A DNA stretch of 63,775 bases, filler included, from Collodictyon triciliatum (Eukaryota), in NCBI GenBank assembly GCA_043381765.1. It is 17 parts of 17 records of this genome, joined end to end, with 100 filler letters (N's around TTAATTAATTAA, not from the genome) between each part and the next. Parts side by side here need not be neighbours in the genome. Positions count along the whole stretch, not along the records: positions 50,529 to 54,313 come from JBHJMP010006891.1; positions 54,414 to 58,195 come from JBHJMP010006892.1; positions 58,296 to 62,076 come from JBHJMP010006893.1; positions 62,177 to 63,775 come from JBHJMP010006998.1; 13 more parts are not named here. One strand, written 5' to 3'. The number at the start of each line of letters is the position of its first letter. The stretch's first letter is position 1. Position numbers and translations under genes: made by a program. The notes beneath the pieces were generated by a model. That model made no database searches, had not been told where the DNA came from, and saw only the letters and a program-made list of their open reading frames with translations. Positions 52,224 through 63,775 of this stretch are shown here, piece by piece.

Positions 52224-54094
52224 TCATAATGAGAACTTTTCCTCCATCATTACTGTTGGCATACATATTGTAAACCGTATTTTGGGAGGGTCGCTAGTAA
52301 AGCAAGCGCTTGGTAAGCAAAATTTGATTGGAGAACGATGAATTGTTTTCTTTTTTCTAACTAAAGGATAAGTTATTTCGAAATCACGCGATTGCAAACT
52401 TACATCGATTTCCCTCACAACCTGACAATGAAACAGAATAAATTCGGGACCACTCCTGCAGTTTACGTGAAAAAACAGATGATTTGAGTTAGAGAAAATG
52501 GTGGAGAATAAATCACTTTACTGTGACAGGCAACTAAACAATAGATAAAAAAAGTCTGCTCTGCTTTCTTCTTCCCACATATTTATTGATTCATTTAAAT
52601 ATGATCAAATAGGCAGAATCAAGCAATTACTGGTGAACAAATGAAGATATTTTATTCGTGTCCAACGCAAAGGTCGGAGTCAACGGGGCGTTCGCTGTGA
52701 TGCCTAACTGGCGTAACGAATATGAATTTCATTAATTTTGAGTAAACATATTCGTAACTTTTTATGATGTCCAGAGTTGATTCGCACTTTGCATCGACCA
52801 ATGCCTATTTTTCTTGTTCTTTTCTTTCTTTCTCTTACCTCGTTAGATGAAATCTGTCGTTGACGTGGCGATGATGGCATTTGCTTGAAAGCATTAAAAT
52901 GAAAAGAAAAGCTTTGAGATACAGGAGGTCATGCCAAAAGTAGTTAGATACGATGGTGTCCATTTTTAAGAAATCCTACAAATATTGAAAGAAGGTCTTT
53001 GTCTCCGATAAGCTGCGCTACGTCTAAGGGTGTTTGGTTGTTGCCGTTCTGAATGCTGGTAAAAGCTCCTAACCTAATAAGCATAGATGCAGTCTCTTTA
53101 TGCTTCTTCATTATGCACACATGGAGGGGTGTATTCCCCTTCTTTGTCTGTGCGTTAATATCCGAGCCAGCTTTGTAGAGCATGTGGACAATAGCTGTAT
53201 GGCCTGTACAGCAGGAAAATATAAATTTCATACTTCAAGCCAACAGCTACAAACAAATAAGGATAAAATAAAGATTCGAAATTGCTCGACCGATATATTG
53301 AACCACCTGCAGAACAGGCCAGGTGCAAAGCCAAATCGTCAGCAAAATCAAGGGCGCCGACAGGCATCTTGTAAGAATCAACAAGTTCATGAACTACATC
53401 TGCGTGCCCGTTCAATGAAGCGAAATGAAGCGCATTCAGATTGGATTGTGCTTTTGCGTGGATATCTGCACCATGCAATACCAATTGCTTGACGGCCTGG
53501 AGATGGCTGATTGCAATAATGGTCATCCATAAACGATTAAAAAAAAACTAGCTCAGCAAGGCAACATAAAAAAAGTGGGATTTTTATGCCGCAAAACTAA
53601 AGATACTGTTGAAACTTCTTTTATTTTTTGAAAACAAAAACAATAGGAGATATATTTATATAAAACGTAGGATAGCGGCCTCCACACAAGCAACATCGGC
53701 GTGATAATCACAGACCCTTTCTGACATGCGAGGTGAAAAGGGGTGTTGAATTCGTGGTCACGTCCTTCCAAAGCCACGCCTATCCTAGCGAATATCTATC
53801 TCCATACGAAAGGGTGAAGGAAAATATACATTGATTAAAAATGCCTCAAAAGGACACATAAAAAAGAAGAACAAAAACAGGAAAGAATATCAAATAATCA
53901 AATGTGAAGCAAACTGGGATGAGTTCTGCATTGCCGAGTAAGGCGCAAGTATGAAGGAGGTTCTGACCCTCCTGGTTAACGAAACCCGAGTCAAAATGAG
54001 ACGAAAGTAACGAGGGGTTTGTGAGCCTTTCAAGGATGGGCAGGGCTGCCGAGGGTCGTCCTTCAAGAAGTGCGGTGTAGATTTCCATGGCCAT
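52224..54094 (-). CDS. Ankyrin-repeat protein, multi-exon; exon-like segments continue to ~50700, 3' end not fixed
   Basis: GQNLLHTCALLGN, FNTPFHLACQKG, LNALHFASLNGHADVV, GSDINAQTKKGNTPLHVC, QTPLDVA. Confidence 0.85.
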
Positions 54095-54900
54095 CTTCTC
54101 GTGGGTTGCAACACTAGTTATACATGAATAAAAATCACTCAAAGTAAGAGGGCCAAAAAACACATGAGGATATAAAAGGAATAAAAGAGGAATAAAAAAG
54201 AGAATAAAAAGAGAGAATAAAAAGAGAGAATAAAAAGAGAGAATAAAAAGAGAGAATAAAAAGAGAGAATAAAAAGAGAGAATAAAAAGAGAGAATAAAA
54301 AGAGAGAATAAAANNNNNNNNNNNNNNNNNNNNNNNNNNNNNNNNNNNNNNNNNNNNTTAATTAATTAANNNNNNNNNNNNNNNNNNNNNNNNNNNNNNN
54401 NNNNNNNNNNNNNTCTTTTTTCTTTTTTTTTTTTTTTTTTTTTTTTATTTTTTTTTTTATTTTTTTTTTTTTTTTTTTTTTTTTCTTTTCTTTTTTTTTT
54501 ATTTCTTTCCTTTTTCCCCTTCCCCTCCTTTTTTTTTTTTTTTTTTTTTTTTTTTTGTAAGCTTTTCTCTTTTGTTTGTTTGGTTCTTTTTCTCTCCCTC
54601 TCAATTCGACTTAAAGCCCTTCCGTACTCCCCCTACATACCCTCTGCTTCGTTGGTGACTTCGCTCCGGACCGTATGTACAGTCACACACAAAGGCACTC
54701 GCAGCCTACCCATTACTCGCCTTTGTCGCGTTTTCATATTACTGGCTTTGGAACTCGATTGAACTACCACAGGAGACAGCTCCATTTGCACCTGTTGCGC
54801 TGGAGTCTTTGTTTTGTTTTCTATCGGGCACAAGCCCTATTGCCTTCGTCATCATTGATGAATCAAAACTCCATTGCAGGTCGATCCTACACGGTCGTGC

Positions 54901-55967
54901 ATGGATTCCTTTGATTCCCTCCACAAGCAAGAGCACAATCTGACCAGCGAGATCTTCGCTGAGTTTCAGGAGACAATAAGCCTCTTTCTGAACAAAGATC
55001 GAGCCGCCCATTTTTCTGAGCTGAAGACGAATCCTTTTCTGTCTTTTCACTCTGGTGAGCGAGGCTACATGAAAACATACACTCTCTCCTACGCTTCTTC
55101 TTTTAAAAATGTGTTATATTATAATATTTTTCCTGCTCCATCTATCCCCCACAAGGGCAGATCTTGATCGACCATATTAGCCAAGGTTTCACATTCATCA
55201 TACTTTTTAACTTTCATACGCGTACCCCGGTGACAGAAGTTCCAACCCCAGCAATCTCCAGCATTGAGGAAAACTCGCTGGACTTTATCCTGCCAAACGT
55301 CTGTGAGGCCCAATCCTATATCCCCGTTGGATGTGGTACAAACTCTCAAGAAACACACCCTCGCTCAAGTACAGGACACCTTAAAAGAAAGCGCTCTGGG
55401 AGGCGCTCCGTCTGTGCCGAAAAAAATCTTCATGCAGAGGAAACTCTTTGTCTGCCTCACCCCCAAGACTTTACAGGAGACTCTGACCACATTCACCAAC
55501 GTGATAACATCGATACCAACGAAACAGGATCCACTGGGTGTGCTTACTCAACTATCCCCGATGATAGTTACACCTCCATCTCGCAAGAGACGAAATCAAA
55601 GCGCATGCGATTGACTTACGAAATGCGCCAGGGAATCATCCATCTTCATATGAAGAACTATAGCCTGCGTGAGATAGCTAAGCGTGTAAAGTGTACTTTA
55701 TCTGCCGTGCAGTACACAGTTAAAAAATATTTGTGTTACCAGACGGTCGAGAATCTTCCAAAGTCTGGCCGTACACCAATTCTGCAGTCCATTCCAGACG
55801 AGCTTCTCTTCAGCACCTATGAATCGACAATTGCCAGCACGAATCGAGAACGATTGAAACTCACTGCAGCACTAATGTCTGAGTATCTGGGTCGCACTCC
55901 ATCTCACAAGACAATCTACAAGGAAATGCGTCGTCGCAAGAAAAATGTGGCAACTTTGGATGCTTAA
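54901..55967 (+). CDS. Spliced gene ending in a Tc1/mariner-type paired HTH DNA-binding domain, no DDE domain
   Basis: RLTYEMRQGIIHLHMKNYSLREIAKRVKCTLSAVQYTVKKY...ENLPKSGRTPIL; phase-consistent introns 55055-55155 and 55186-55236. Confidence 0.65.
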
Positions 55968-57384
55968 GGTGTCTTACTGTCCTGGTTGGATGGTTTGGTG
56001 GCGATTTCATGAAGAAAAACAAAATGGATCATGTGGTTTGATTCTACTCACCTTTCTTTTTTTCTTTTTCTTCTTCTTCTTCTTTCTTCTTGCTCATATT
56101 TCTTACTTTCTTGCATTTTTTGAGGTATCCTGATGTGCTCTTGTGCGATGAAACGAATGCTTATTCGTGTCTAGTACAAAGAAAAGCTACAGTGAAGGAT
56201 AATTATGATGAAATCATGATTATATCAATCTGAGTGATTGAAGCACAACTCTAGCCATTCATTCAGTTCTACTATCTTTGAATAAGACACTAGAACACGG
56301 CAATTCTGTGAAGGAACCTTGATTATTTCTTCATTTCTCCAAATTATCCTACTCCTACTCCCAAAAACATACCATACCAAAACAAAAGACAAAAAAGAAA
56401 AAAAGAAAAAAAAGACAAAAAAAGGCAGAAAAAGGCAGAAAAAGACAGAAAAAGACAGAAAAAGACAGAAAAAGACAGAAAAAGACAGAAAAGACAGAAA
56501 AGACAAAAAAGACAAAAAAGACAAAAAAGACAAAAAAGATAAAAAAAAATATGTTACAACCCCGCAACCCTTCTTTCCATGAAAAAAAGCAACAATCAAC
56601 TGGAGGTCGTATTGTCAAGATGAATAAGTTCTCATCACAGTTGCTGATAATAATTTATCTCATCTTAATGTCCGTGATACTGGTTTTCAGTAATGATCGT
56701 GCTAAAAACATGAAGTGAAGAAAAAACGGAGTGAAGACCTGGATACCCGCCACAATTGTGTTTGGAATCATTCATTTTTTTTGGGAAAATGCGTCGAGCA
56801 CTTGTGCTGCTATCAAATACTCAATGCAACCCTAATCAAGCGAGTTGGTGTCCATCTTCATTACCCAACCCCTCGTTATTCCTCTCATGTCCGATCTTCG
56901 GGCAAAGATATCGGAGTATGACCACACCGAGCCTCTTCCTAGTACTTGACTAACGATACCTTAAACACCACCCCTTTTCAAAACTGTGTAGCTAACCGAT
57001 TGGTGCTGCAGCACAAAAAAACAAACAAACCACATGCCTTTCCTATGTCCTTTCGCCTTATACTCTCACACCGTTTTCCCTTCAATAACCGATTGCCCTA
57101 ACCTGACCTCTTCAATTGCCACCTATAAAAAAAGGAAAAAAAAAAAGAAAAAAAGAAAAGAAAAAGAAAAGACTTCCCTTAATTTTATGACCTAGCGAGG
57201 AAGACTATTTTTAGGTGCTATTCTAATAACAGTAAGTTGCTTCCATTTCTCCATCTAATACACTTTCAGCTGCATTTTCCGAAGAGGCGACAAGATAAAT
57301 GCACCACAGCTCCCGGCCCGTCGAGCAATTTGCCAACTCGTTTTCTTTGTCCTGGCCAACAGCGAAAGGAACATGAAAGGTTGT

Positions 57385-57765
57385 GTGTTGTGTGTATCAA
57401 GGCTGCCCACTTGCACCGCTGCTCTTCAACTTTGTCGCTAACTGTCTCGCAAACCACTTCCGAAACGAAAACAAGGCCCGCAACCAACTGCTTCCTCAAT
57501 ATGCAGACGACACAGCTTCCATCTGACGGCTTCCGAAGGCGCCACACACGCCGACAAATCCATGCAAGAATACAAAAAAGCTGTCGGCAGGAAAATCAAC
57601 TACGACAAGATAGATGTAATTCTTTTTGGGTTTCAGGATGGACTTATGTATCCAGGAAACATTGTGTGGAAGCCACCACCACATCCACTCAAGTATCTTG
57701 GCATCATCCTCGGTCCACAATCAGATAACAAATGGAAGAGCCTGGTTGAGGACATCGATTTTTGA
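57385..57765 (+). pseudogene. Decayed non-LTR (L1/Tx1-like) reverse transcriptase
   Basis: VYQGCPLAPLLFNFV (~57392), PQYADDTA (~57494), GRKINYDKIDV and PLKYLGI in the expected order but broken by frameshifts and stops. Confidence 0.85.
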
Positions 57766-58574
57766 GCCACACAAACAGGAAAACTGGGTCTCTGCACCCC
57801 AGAGCACCTGAATCCGGGTTCCATCAATCTAGACTTACGGATAAAGATTTTCCTTAACAGGATATGCGCTGTTGACACAAGTGGCAGAAAAAAGAAACAC
57901 CTTCGCTGAATTTACAAGAAAAAAAAAAAAAGAAAAGAAAAAATTCCCCAAACCACGGAAATGGGGTCGATCAAAATGTCGCCTGAGGTGCCCGTCCAGG
58001 TGGACATAGGAATATTGTGGTTACCGGCTGGAAAAACACTACTCAGCAAAGTCCCCGACAAACATTCACTTCCGCTGTTGTCTTTCTCCTTCATGGTGCA
58101 ATACAATACAGTACAGTACAATACAATACAATACAATACAATACAATACAATACAATACAATACAATACAATACAATACAATACAATACAATACANNNNN
58201 NNNNNNNNNNNNNNNNNNNNNNNNNNNNNNNNNNNNNNNTTAATTAATTAANNNNNNNNNNNNNNNNNNNNNNNNNNNNNNNNNNNNNNNNNNNNTGGGC
58301 TTTTGGCTGCACCCCCTTTGTAGCTGGTATGTTGGGAGATGCACTCTGTCGGTCACTAGCAACCCTCGGTTCCAATTTTTCTCCCTCATCCACGCGGTAG
58401 GCAGGGCCACCCATGTTTCCACTTTCATTCTGGCTTGCTTTCTGGCTCGCTGTATTCGGTGGTATACTTGACTGATTCACTCTCTTTTCATCGGGCGATG
58501 CTTTATCTTCGACGGTTTCGATATTTTTTGGTGCGCCAGTAATGCAGGATGAATAACCGGTGGTTTATATTCGT

Positions 58575-59878
58575 CTACGTTTCTTTTTCTTGGATCGGAA
58601 GCCGTTTCTCGCTGGGAGTCGCAAGAGTTTCGAAAGCAGGTCTGCTCCCATAAACAGTACTTGAAGAGTCATTTGTTGCTCCCGAAGCTTCAAGGTGCTC
58701 ACTTTCTTCTTCAGCAGAACCTTTTATGATGACGATAAGTTGGATGGACTGTTGTTCTTCCAATCCAGAGTCTGGGACGTCGCTTCTTATGGATTGCGCA
58801 GTACTTGCTGAAGAAAGAGTCTCTTGAGTGGTCCCAGGAGCCATGCCATCTAAGGAGGCTAGTGGGTGTGGTTTGCTGGGTGCCATTATGCTGTTTCCCG
58901 ATTCTGTTACCGAGTTGGCTTGGGTTTCCCTTTCCTCGGCGTCCTCTCCATGGTTTAAAGGTGAGCTTGGTGAGCTATCATCGGCTTGAGGAGGTTGGAA
59001 ATCTTGGAGACTAGCGATGTTTCCTCCACTTTGAAGCCATTCCACGATTGATACTGCTTCCTCTGTGTTCACTGGTGAACTTGATGAAGCACTTTCGGGA
59101 AAATCGCCTGGTGTTTCGTCCATCATTTCGATATCCATTTCTTGATTTTGGGGCCCCTCCTGAACCTTTGTCTTGATTGAGACTTCGAGCACTTTATCCA
59201 CGGGTTTCTTGTCACGATTTCTCCCTCTGACTTTAGAAGATGATGCGTCTTGCTTTTGGCCTTGTTTGTGGGCTCTGGGCTTGTTTTGCACAGACGATTC
59301 CTGCACGGTTGGCCAGTCTTTAGCGCTGAAGTCGGCTACTTTTGTGTTGAAGCCCGAGAAGCGAGTGGCGGTGTTTTGTTTGTTGGTGGCCGCCTGATTG
59401 GTGGGCATCGGCTTGGCAGTAGCTGTTTTTTTTTTTTTTGTGGTTTGTGGTTTGACCTTGTGTGTCACACCCTTCTTTGTTGGGGAGAGTTGGTGGGATG
59501 TCAGACTCTTTGAGGGCGCGTATCTCCACGCGACAGCGTCTACCATGAATGACGACAAAGCTAGGTATTTTCTCCATTTTTTTCCTGTTCTTCATCAAAT
59601 CTAACGAGTGCATCATTCATGCATATTCCTCCAGGCTTTGTCCAGTTGACTTTGATTGGGGTGAAGTACTCGCTGCAGGCCTCGAAAATGTCAGTCCAAT
59701 TGGCCCTCAGTGGTATGTTAGACAGCTGCGCAACCTTTGTGACAGTTTTTGCTGGCATGGGAGTGTATTGGTGATTGAGGAGCTTAAACGACCCCTCCTT
59801 AATGAAGGCAGCTGCGTTTTCGTTTCTTGGGAAGGCGATTCTGAGTCTGAGGGCAAAGTTGTCCACCATTAGATTCAC
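58575..59878 (-). pseudogene. Possible LINE ORF1-like remnant (RRM-like region followed by disordered tail), frameshifted at A-runs
   Basis: VAQLSNIPLRANWTDIFEACSEYF...NDALVRF / KIPSFVVIHGRRCRVEI resembles Tx1/L1 ORF1p RRM pattern; three ORFs join through poly(A) slips at ~59580 and ~59430. Confidence 0.4.
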
Positions 59879-61956
59879 GTCCTTCTCTTAGCACTCCCGG
59901 GCTTCCATTACAGCATGCAGTTGCTTGCATATATTACTACGGTTTGTGAAGGCAAAAGATTTTTTATAACCTGTCACGAAGGCGGACAAAGCTAGAAATC
60001 TTTGAAAAGCTCATTATAAATCGCAAATCTAAATCGTAGTATGTAAAAAAATGGTTGATTGGAGGTTCCGTTTCCCGAAGCAAGTTCCGCTATGCATAGG
60101 GTTGGCTGGCGCCATCATACTTCTGGTCTGACTGGAGGTCATTAATGGTTAGATTAAATCAGAAGAGCCCTTCGATTGTATTATTTCACACTTCAAAGTA
60201 TTCCTTGAAATGCTAAATATTTATTTATGTATCACACTAAGCTTTTTTAAATAATAATAATATCCATTATGACACAGGGATGCCATCTACATGAATCGTT
60301 GTGATGGAAAATGTTTTTTTAAAAGATTTCTTTCAACATGTACAAAACAAAAGATTATGATTGTGATAAATAATTCAAAATACCCAGGTAAAATACTAAA
60401 TAACTTCTGAATTGTAAAAATACATCAAATAATATACAAAAAACTCAATTTCAATGATAACTATATGATAATATTCAAAATTTATTATCTCAGATGGAGC
60501 CATAATCTCAGCAGACGAATCGCCTTAATCGCCACTTTGATATATGAATATTTTAAGCACGATTTTGATTTTTCTAAATAAATTAACATTAAAAAAAAAG
60601 GAGCAGTACAACACATAAAAGGTCATTCTACGCAGCCTCCATTAGGACAGCAATCATCCATGCAATACCTCAAGAATATACTCCCCGTTTCAAGCAGATA
60701 CCAATACATGATTAAAAGAATATCTCATTTGAGGAACTAAAAGACTTACTCATATAACTGTTTCATTAATTCCTTTGTATTATTTAAAAAAATACTCAAA
60801 ATGTAAGTCTTAAAGGCATCACCACATCCTTTAACAAAATTCAGAAAAAAAAGCCATACAAAATGAAGACTTATAATCTAACGTATTGCGACACATAGAG
60901 TAATTACAAAAGGTAAAACAATATTGGTGTGTAATACCACCAATTAATTCAATGCCACATACGGTCGCATAAAATAACAGCAAAATAGCCTCATATCACA
61001 TAAAATTGTAATGAAATTGAAGACACAAACTATTTATCCAGTAATACCGCCGCTGCATACCAGGATGGCCGTATGTGAATATTAGTGGCATCTCTACATA
61101 CCTATGAAATCCTAAAATAAATGATGAATGCTGAATGAATATTTGAATTGTTCTTCCCCATCCTTTCACGTTTGTGCCCATTTTAGAACACCTCCTATTC
61201 ATTATCCAATTATTTTAAGTGACCTTTGCACTCCATGGGAGTCAGTACATTATGAGGCACCGAGCTGTGGTGGATAATGCTGAATTATGAATCGGATATA
61301 TACAAAAAGTTATACGCGAAACTAAAAACTCAAATAGTCTTGCGTTGGTCGCCTGCCTAACTCACTTTCAGTTACCTCCCAAATAGTGCCATCTCCTTAC
61401 TCATCTCCTTTCTTTATGCCAACTATCTCAATTCACATTTTAATCTCCAATATTCAGCTAAACCTCTTCATGGTTGGAAAAAAAGCAGGATTTTCTTTTA
61501 TCCACACCACGAGTATATATAACTCATCTATACCCATCAATTTAAGTCGATCAGCTTTGATGATAAGGCGCAACCTTCTATTTGTTAAGGAAATAGAGGA
61601 GGATTGCTTTGAGTCACAATAACTCCAAGGATATGGATTTTAACAAAGAGGCTAAACTAATTATGAATAAAAATAAAACATTGCTATTGATATGCGCTTT
61701 ATGTATCAACCTCAGCGAGTTGGGTATCGGTGAAATAAAAACAACGTAGTTTATTATGAAAATAGTTGAGAAACTAGAGTCTAAATAATAGCATCTTTTT
61801 ATTCCTATAAACCCTTGTTTTTCTCTCATTTTTGTTCATTTATGCTACTAACGCCGCTACGCACACACGTTTTTCCGATGGCGCGTATTATCAGTCAATT
61901 CGTTGTGAAAGAAGGCAAGTTGTTGCACTATTGTGGTACATTCGTTTTATAATTGT

Positions 61957-62076
<120 letters not shown>

Positions 62077-62176
62077 NNNNNNNNNNNNNNNNNNNNNNNN
62101 NNNNNNNNNNNNNNNNNNNNTTAATTAATTAANNNNNNNNNNNNNNNNNNNNNNNNNNNNNNNNNNNNNNNNNNNN

Positions 62177-62245
<69 letters not shown>

Positions 62246-62840
62246 TTTTGTTTGTTTTTCCATTTGTTGAAATGATATTCGCCTCCTAGAAACCGTTCCA
62301 CCAACACAGCATCACCCAAAAGCACAACGCCGGCGTCGACTGTTCCTTTTACGATTCGTAATGACCCTGAAATCATTCGCTCAACAACAAACAGCTCACA
62401 GTTCCAGTTCTGGGTTCCTGATCCAAAGTGGCGAGCAGAGGAAAAGCGCAGGTTCTTTAACATAACGCCATAACCAACACAACTGGCATATTCTCTTAAG
62501 GAAATGTATTCACAGAAATTATATATATATATTTTGCAAACAGAATCGAGCAGAATGCCCTCCGCCTTCGCAGTAGTACGAGAGGGCCATTTACATGCTC
62601 TGAAGAGGTCTGCCTACCTTTATTTCTCTTCTAGTCTGAGGATTTCATACTTATCTATATCTGTCTAACTTTTTTTTTATGAAAAAGAACTGTCATGTCT
62701 TTGTCCTTATTATTCTTGCACGCCAGTTGCATGAAACACACCTGTCGGCTAAGTACGCTGCATGTTAAATTGGTTTGTAATGAAAATATGCGATAGGAGG
62801 ACGAAGTATGGAAAAAGAGATTTGAAACATCATACTCGCA

Positions 62841-63622
62841 GACATTTTCCAATGGAAAGGCCACAACCCAAACGACAGAGCACAGAAAGACTCTCTTCAA
62901 CACAAGTGTGGATGACCCCATCAACGAAGTATTGCTGGCGGAGGTAATTTCACCCCTTTTCATAATCTTGTCACACCGCAACTCTCAAGTAGGAATCCCA
63001 TCATCCTTAAAATAATCTGTGGTACTTTTTTTTTTTCAATTTTATATTTACTTTTCATGGATACAAAGAATAAAAAATATTTCAACATTCTCATGTACCA
63101 GACATATGCCGCACCGTTCGTCAAAGATACTCATCACAATGCGATGTCTCGATTGGTTCGCGACAACGGCGAAGAAACCCGGAAGGAGTTTTCTGAAGTC
63201 TTTCACAAAATCAACAACTTCCAGAAATCCACCGAGAATCGAGAGAAATACATTAAGAGGAACTACCGACCTCCAAGCCCCATCCAAACAGTTTCGTATT
63301 TCATACATAACATGCCATCATTTCACAAGATTCGAGTGGTACAGCATATACAAGATATATCACACACAAACTCAAAGGTCGCAAAGACCGCTATCAACCC
63401 CCTGCTTTTGTATATAAAGCCGAAAATGGGACTGAAGTCTATGTCATTAGGGTGCTCACAGCAGCAGCATGGTTGATTCTTCGCCTGCTTCGTTTGCTGA
63501 TACAGTTCGAGTGGGGAAAAGAGCAGAGGCGCGGATGATTGCTGCGCTTCCGAAGCAGCCGACTTCCACACCACAATTACCGCCTGTTTCGCCTCAAGGT
63601 GGAGGCCTGAAGACTCCCGAAC
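62841..63622 (+). CDS. Hypothetical multi-exon protein fragment
   Basis: Three AG/GT-bounded open segments (TFSNGKATT...LLAE, TYAAPFVKD...PSPIQT, GAHSSSMVD...KTPE); no family recognised. Confidence 0.4.
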
Positions 63623-63677
63623 TGTATGTTTTACAAATCTGCTACGTATCCCATCAGCACTGCTCCCTACTTTCTTT

Positions 63678-63775
<98 letters not shown>

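Noticed and set aside
60640-60755. Gag-like peptide AIIHAIPQEY...ISFEELKDLLI
   Set aside because: Short, interrupted by a stop, with no LTR or pol nearby

Overview
Eukaryotic, intron-rich, AT-rich protist DNA. The window is not one locus: it is about 17 unrelated ~3.8 kb contigs joined by an artificial N-TTAATTAATTAA-N spacer every ~3.88 kb, and many contigs break at microsatellites. Recognisable host genes are a RING/coiled-coil protein, two EF-hand proteins, a DUF2961 (GH172-like) gene, an OPT transporter, PUS3, tRNA-Lys(TTT), COQ4, a Dbl-homology RhoGEF, an MFS transporter, IFT25, an LRR protein, an O-fucosyltransferase, an ankyrin protein and a gene ending in a Tc1-type HTH. Remnants of an L1/Tx1-like non-LTR retrotransposon (3' ends with target-site duplications, a decayed RT, a possible ORF1) are scattered throughout. 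The standout is contig 42761-46544, an intronless, gene-dense piece of a Polinton-like virus/virophage-like element. It encodes an A32-type packaging ATPase, a PolA-like (TVpol) polymerase fused to an SF3 helicase and two orphan ORFs. It also carries a perfect 17-bp AT-rich hairpin between convergent stop codons (Mimivirus/Sputnik-style 3'-end signal) and an origin-like array of TGTACACCCT direct and inverted repeats. All calls come from motif reading by eye; no database searches were run.
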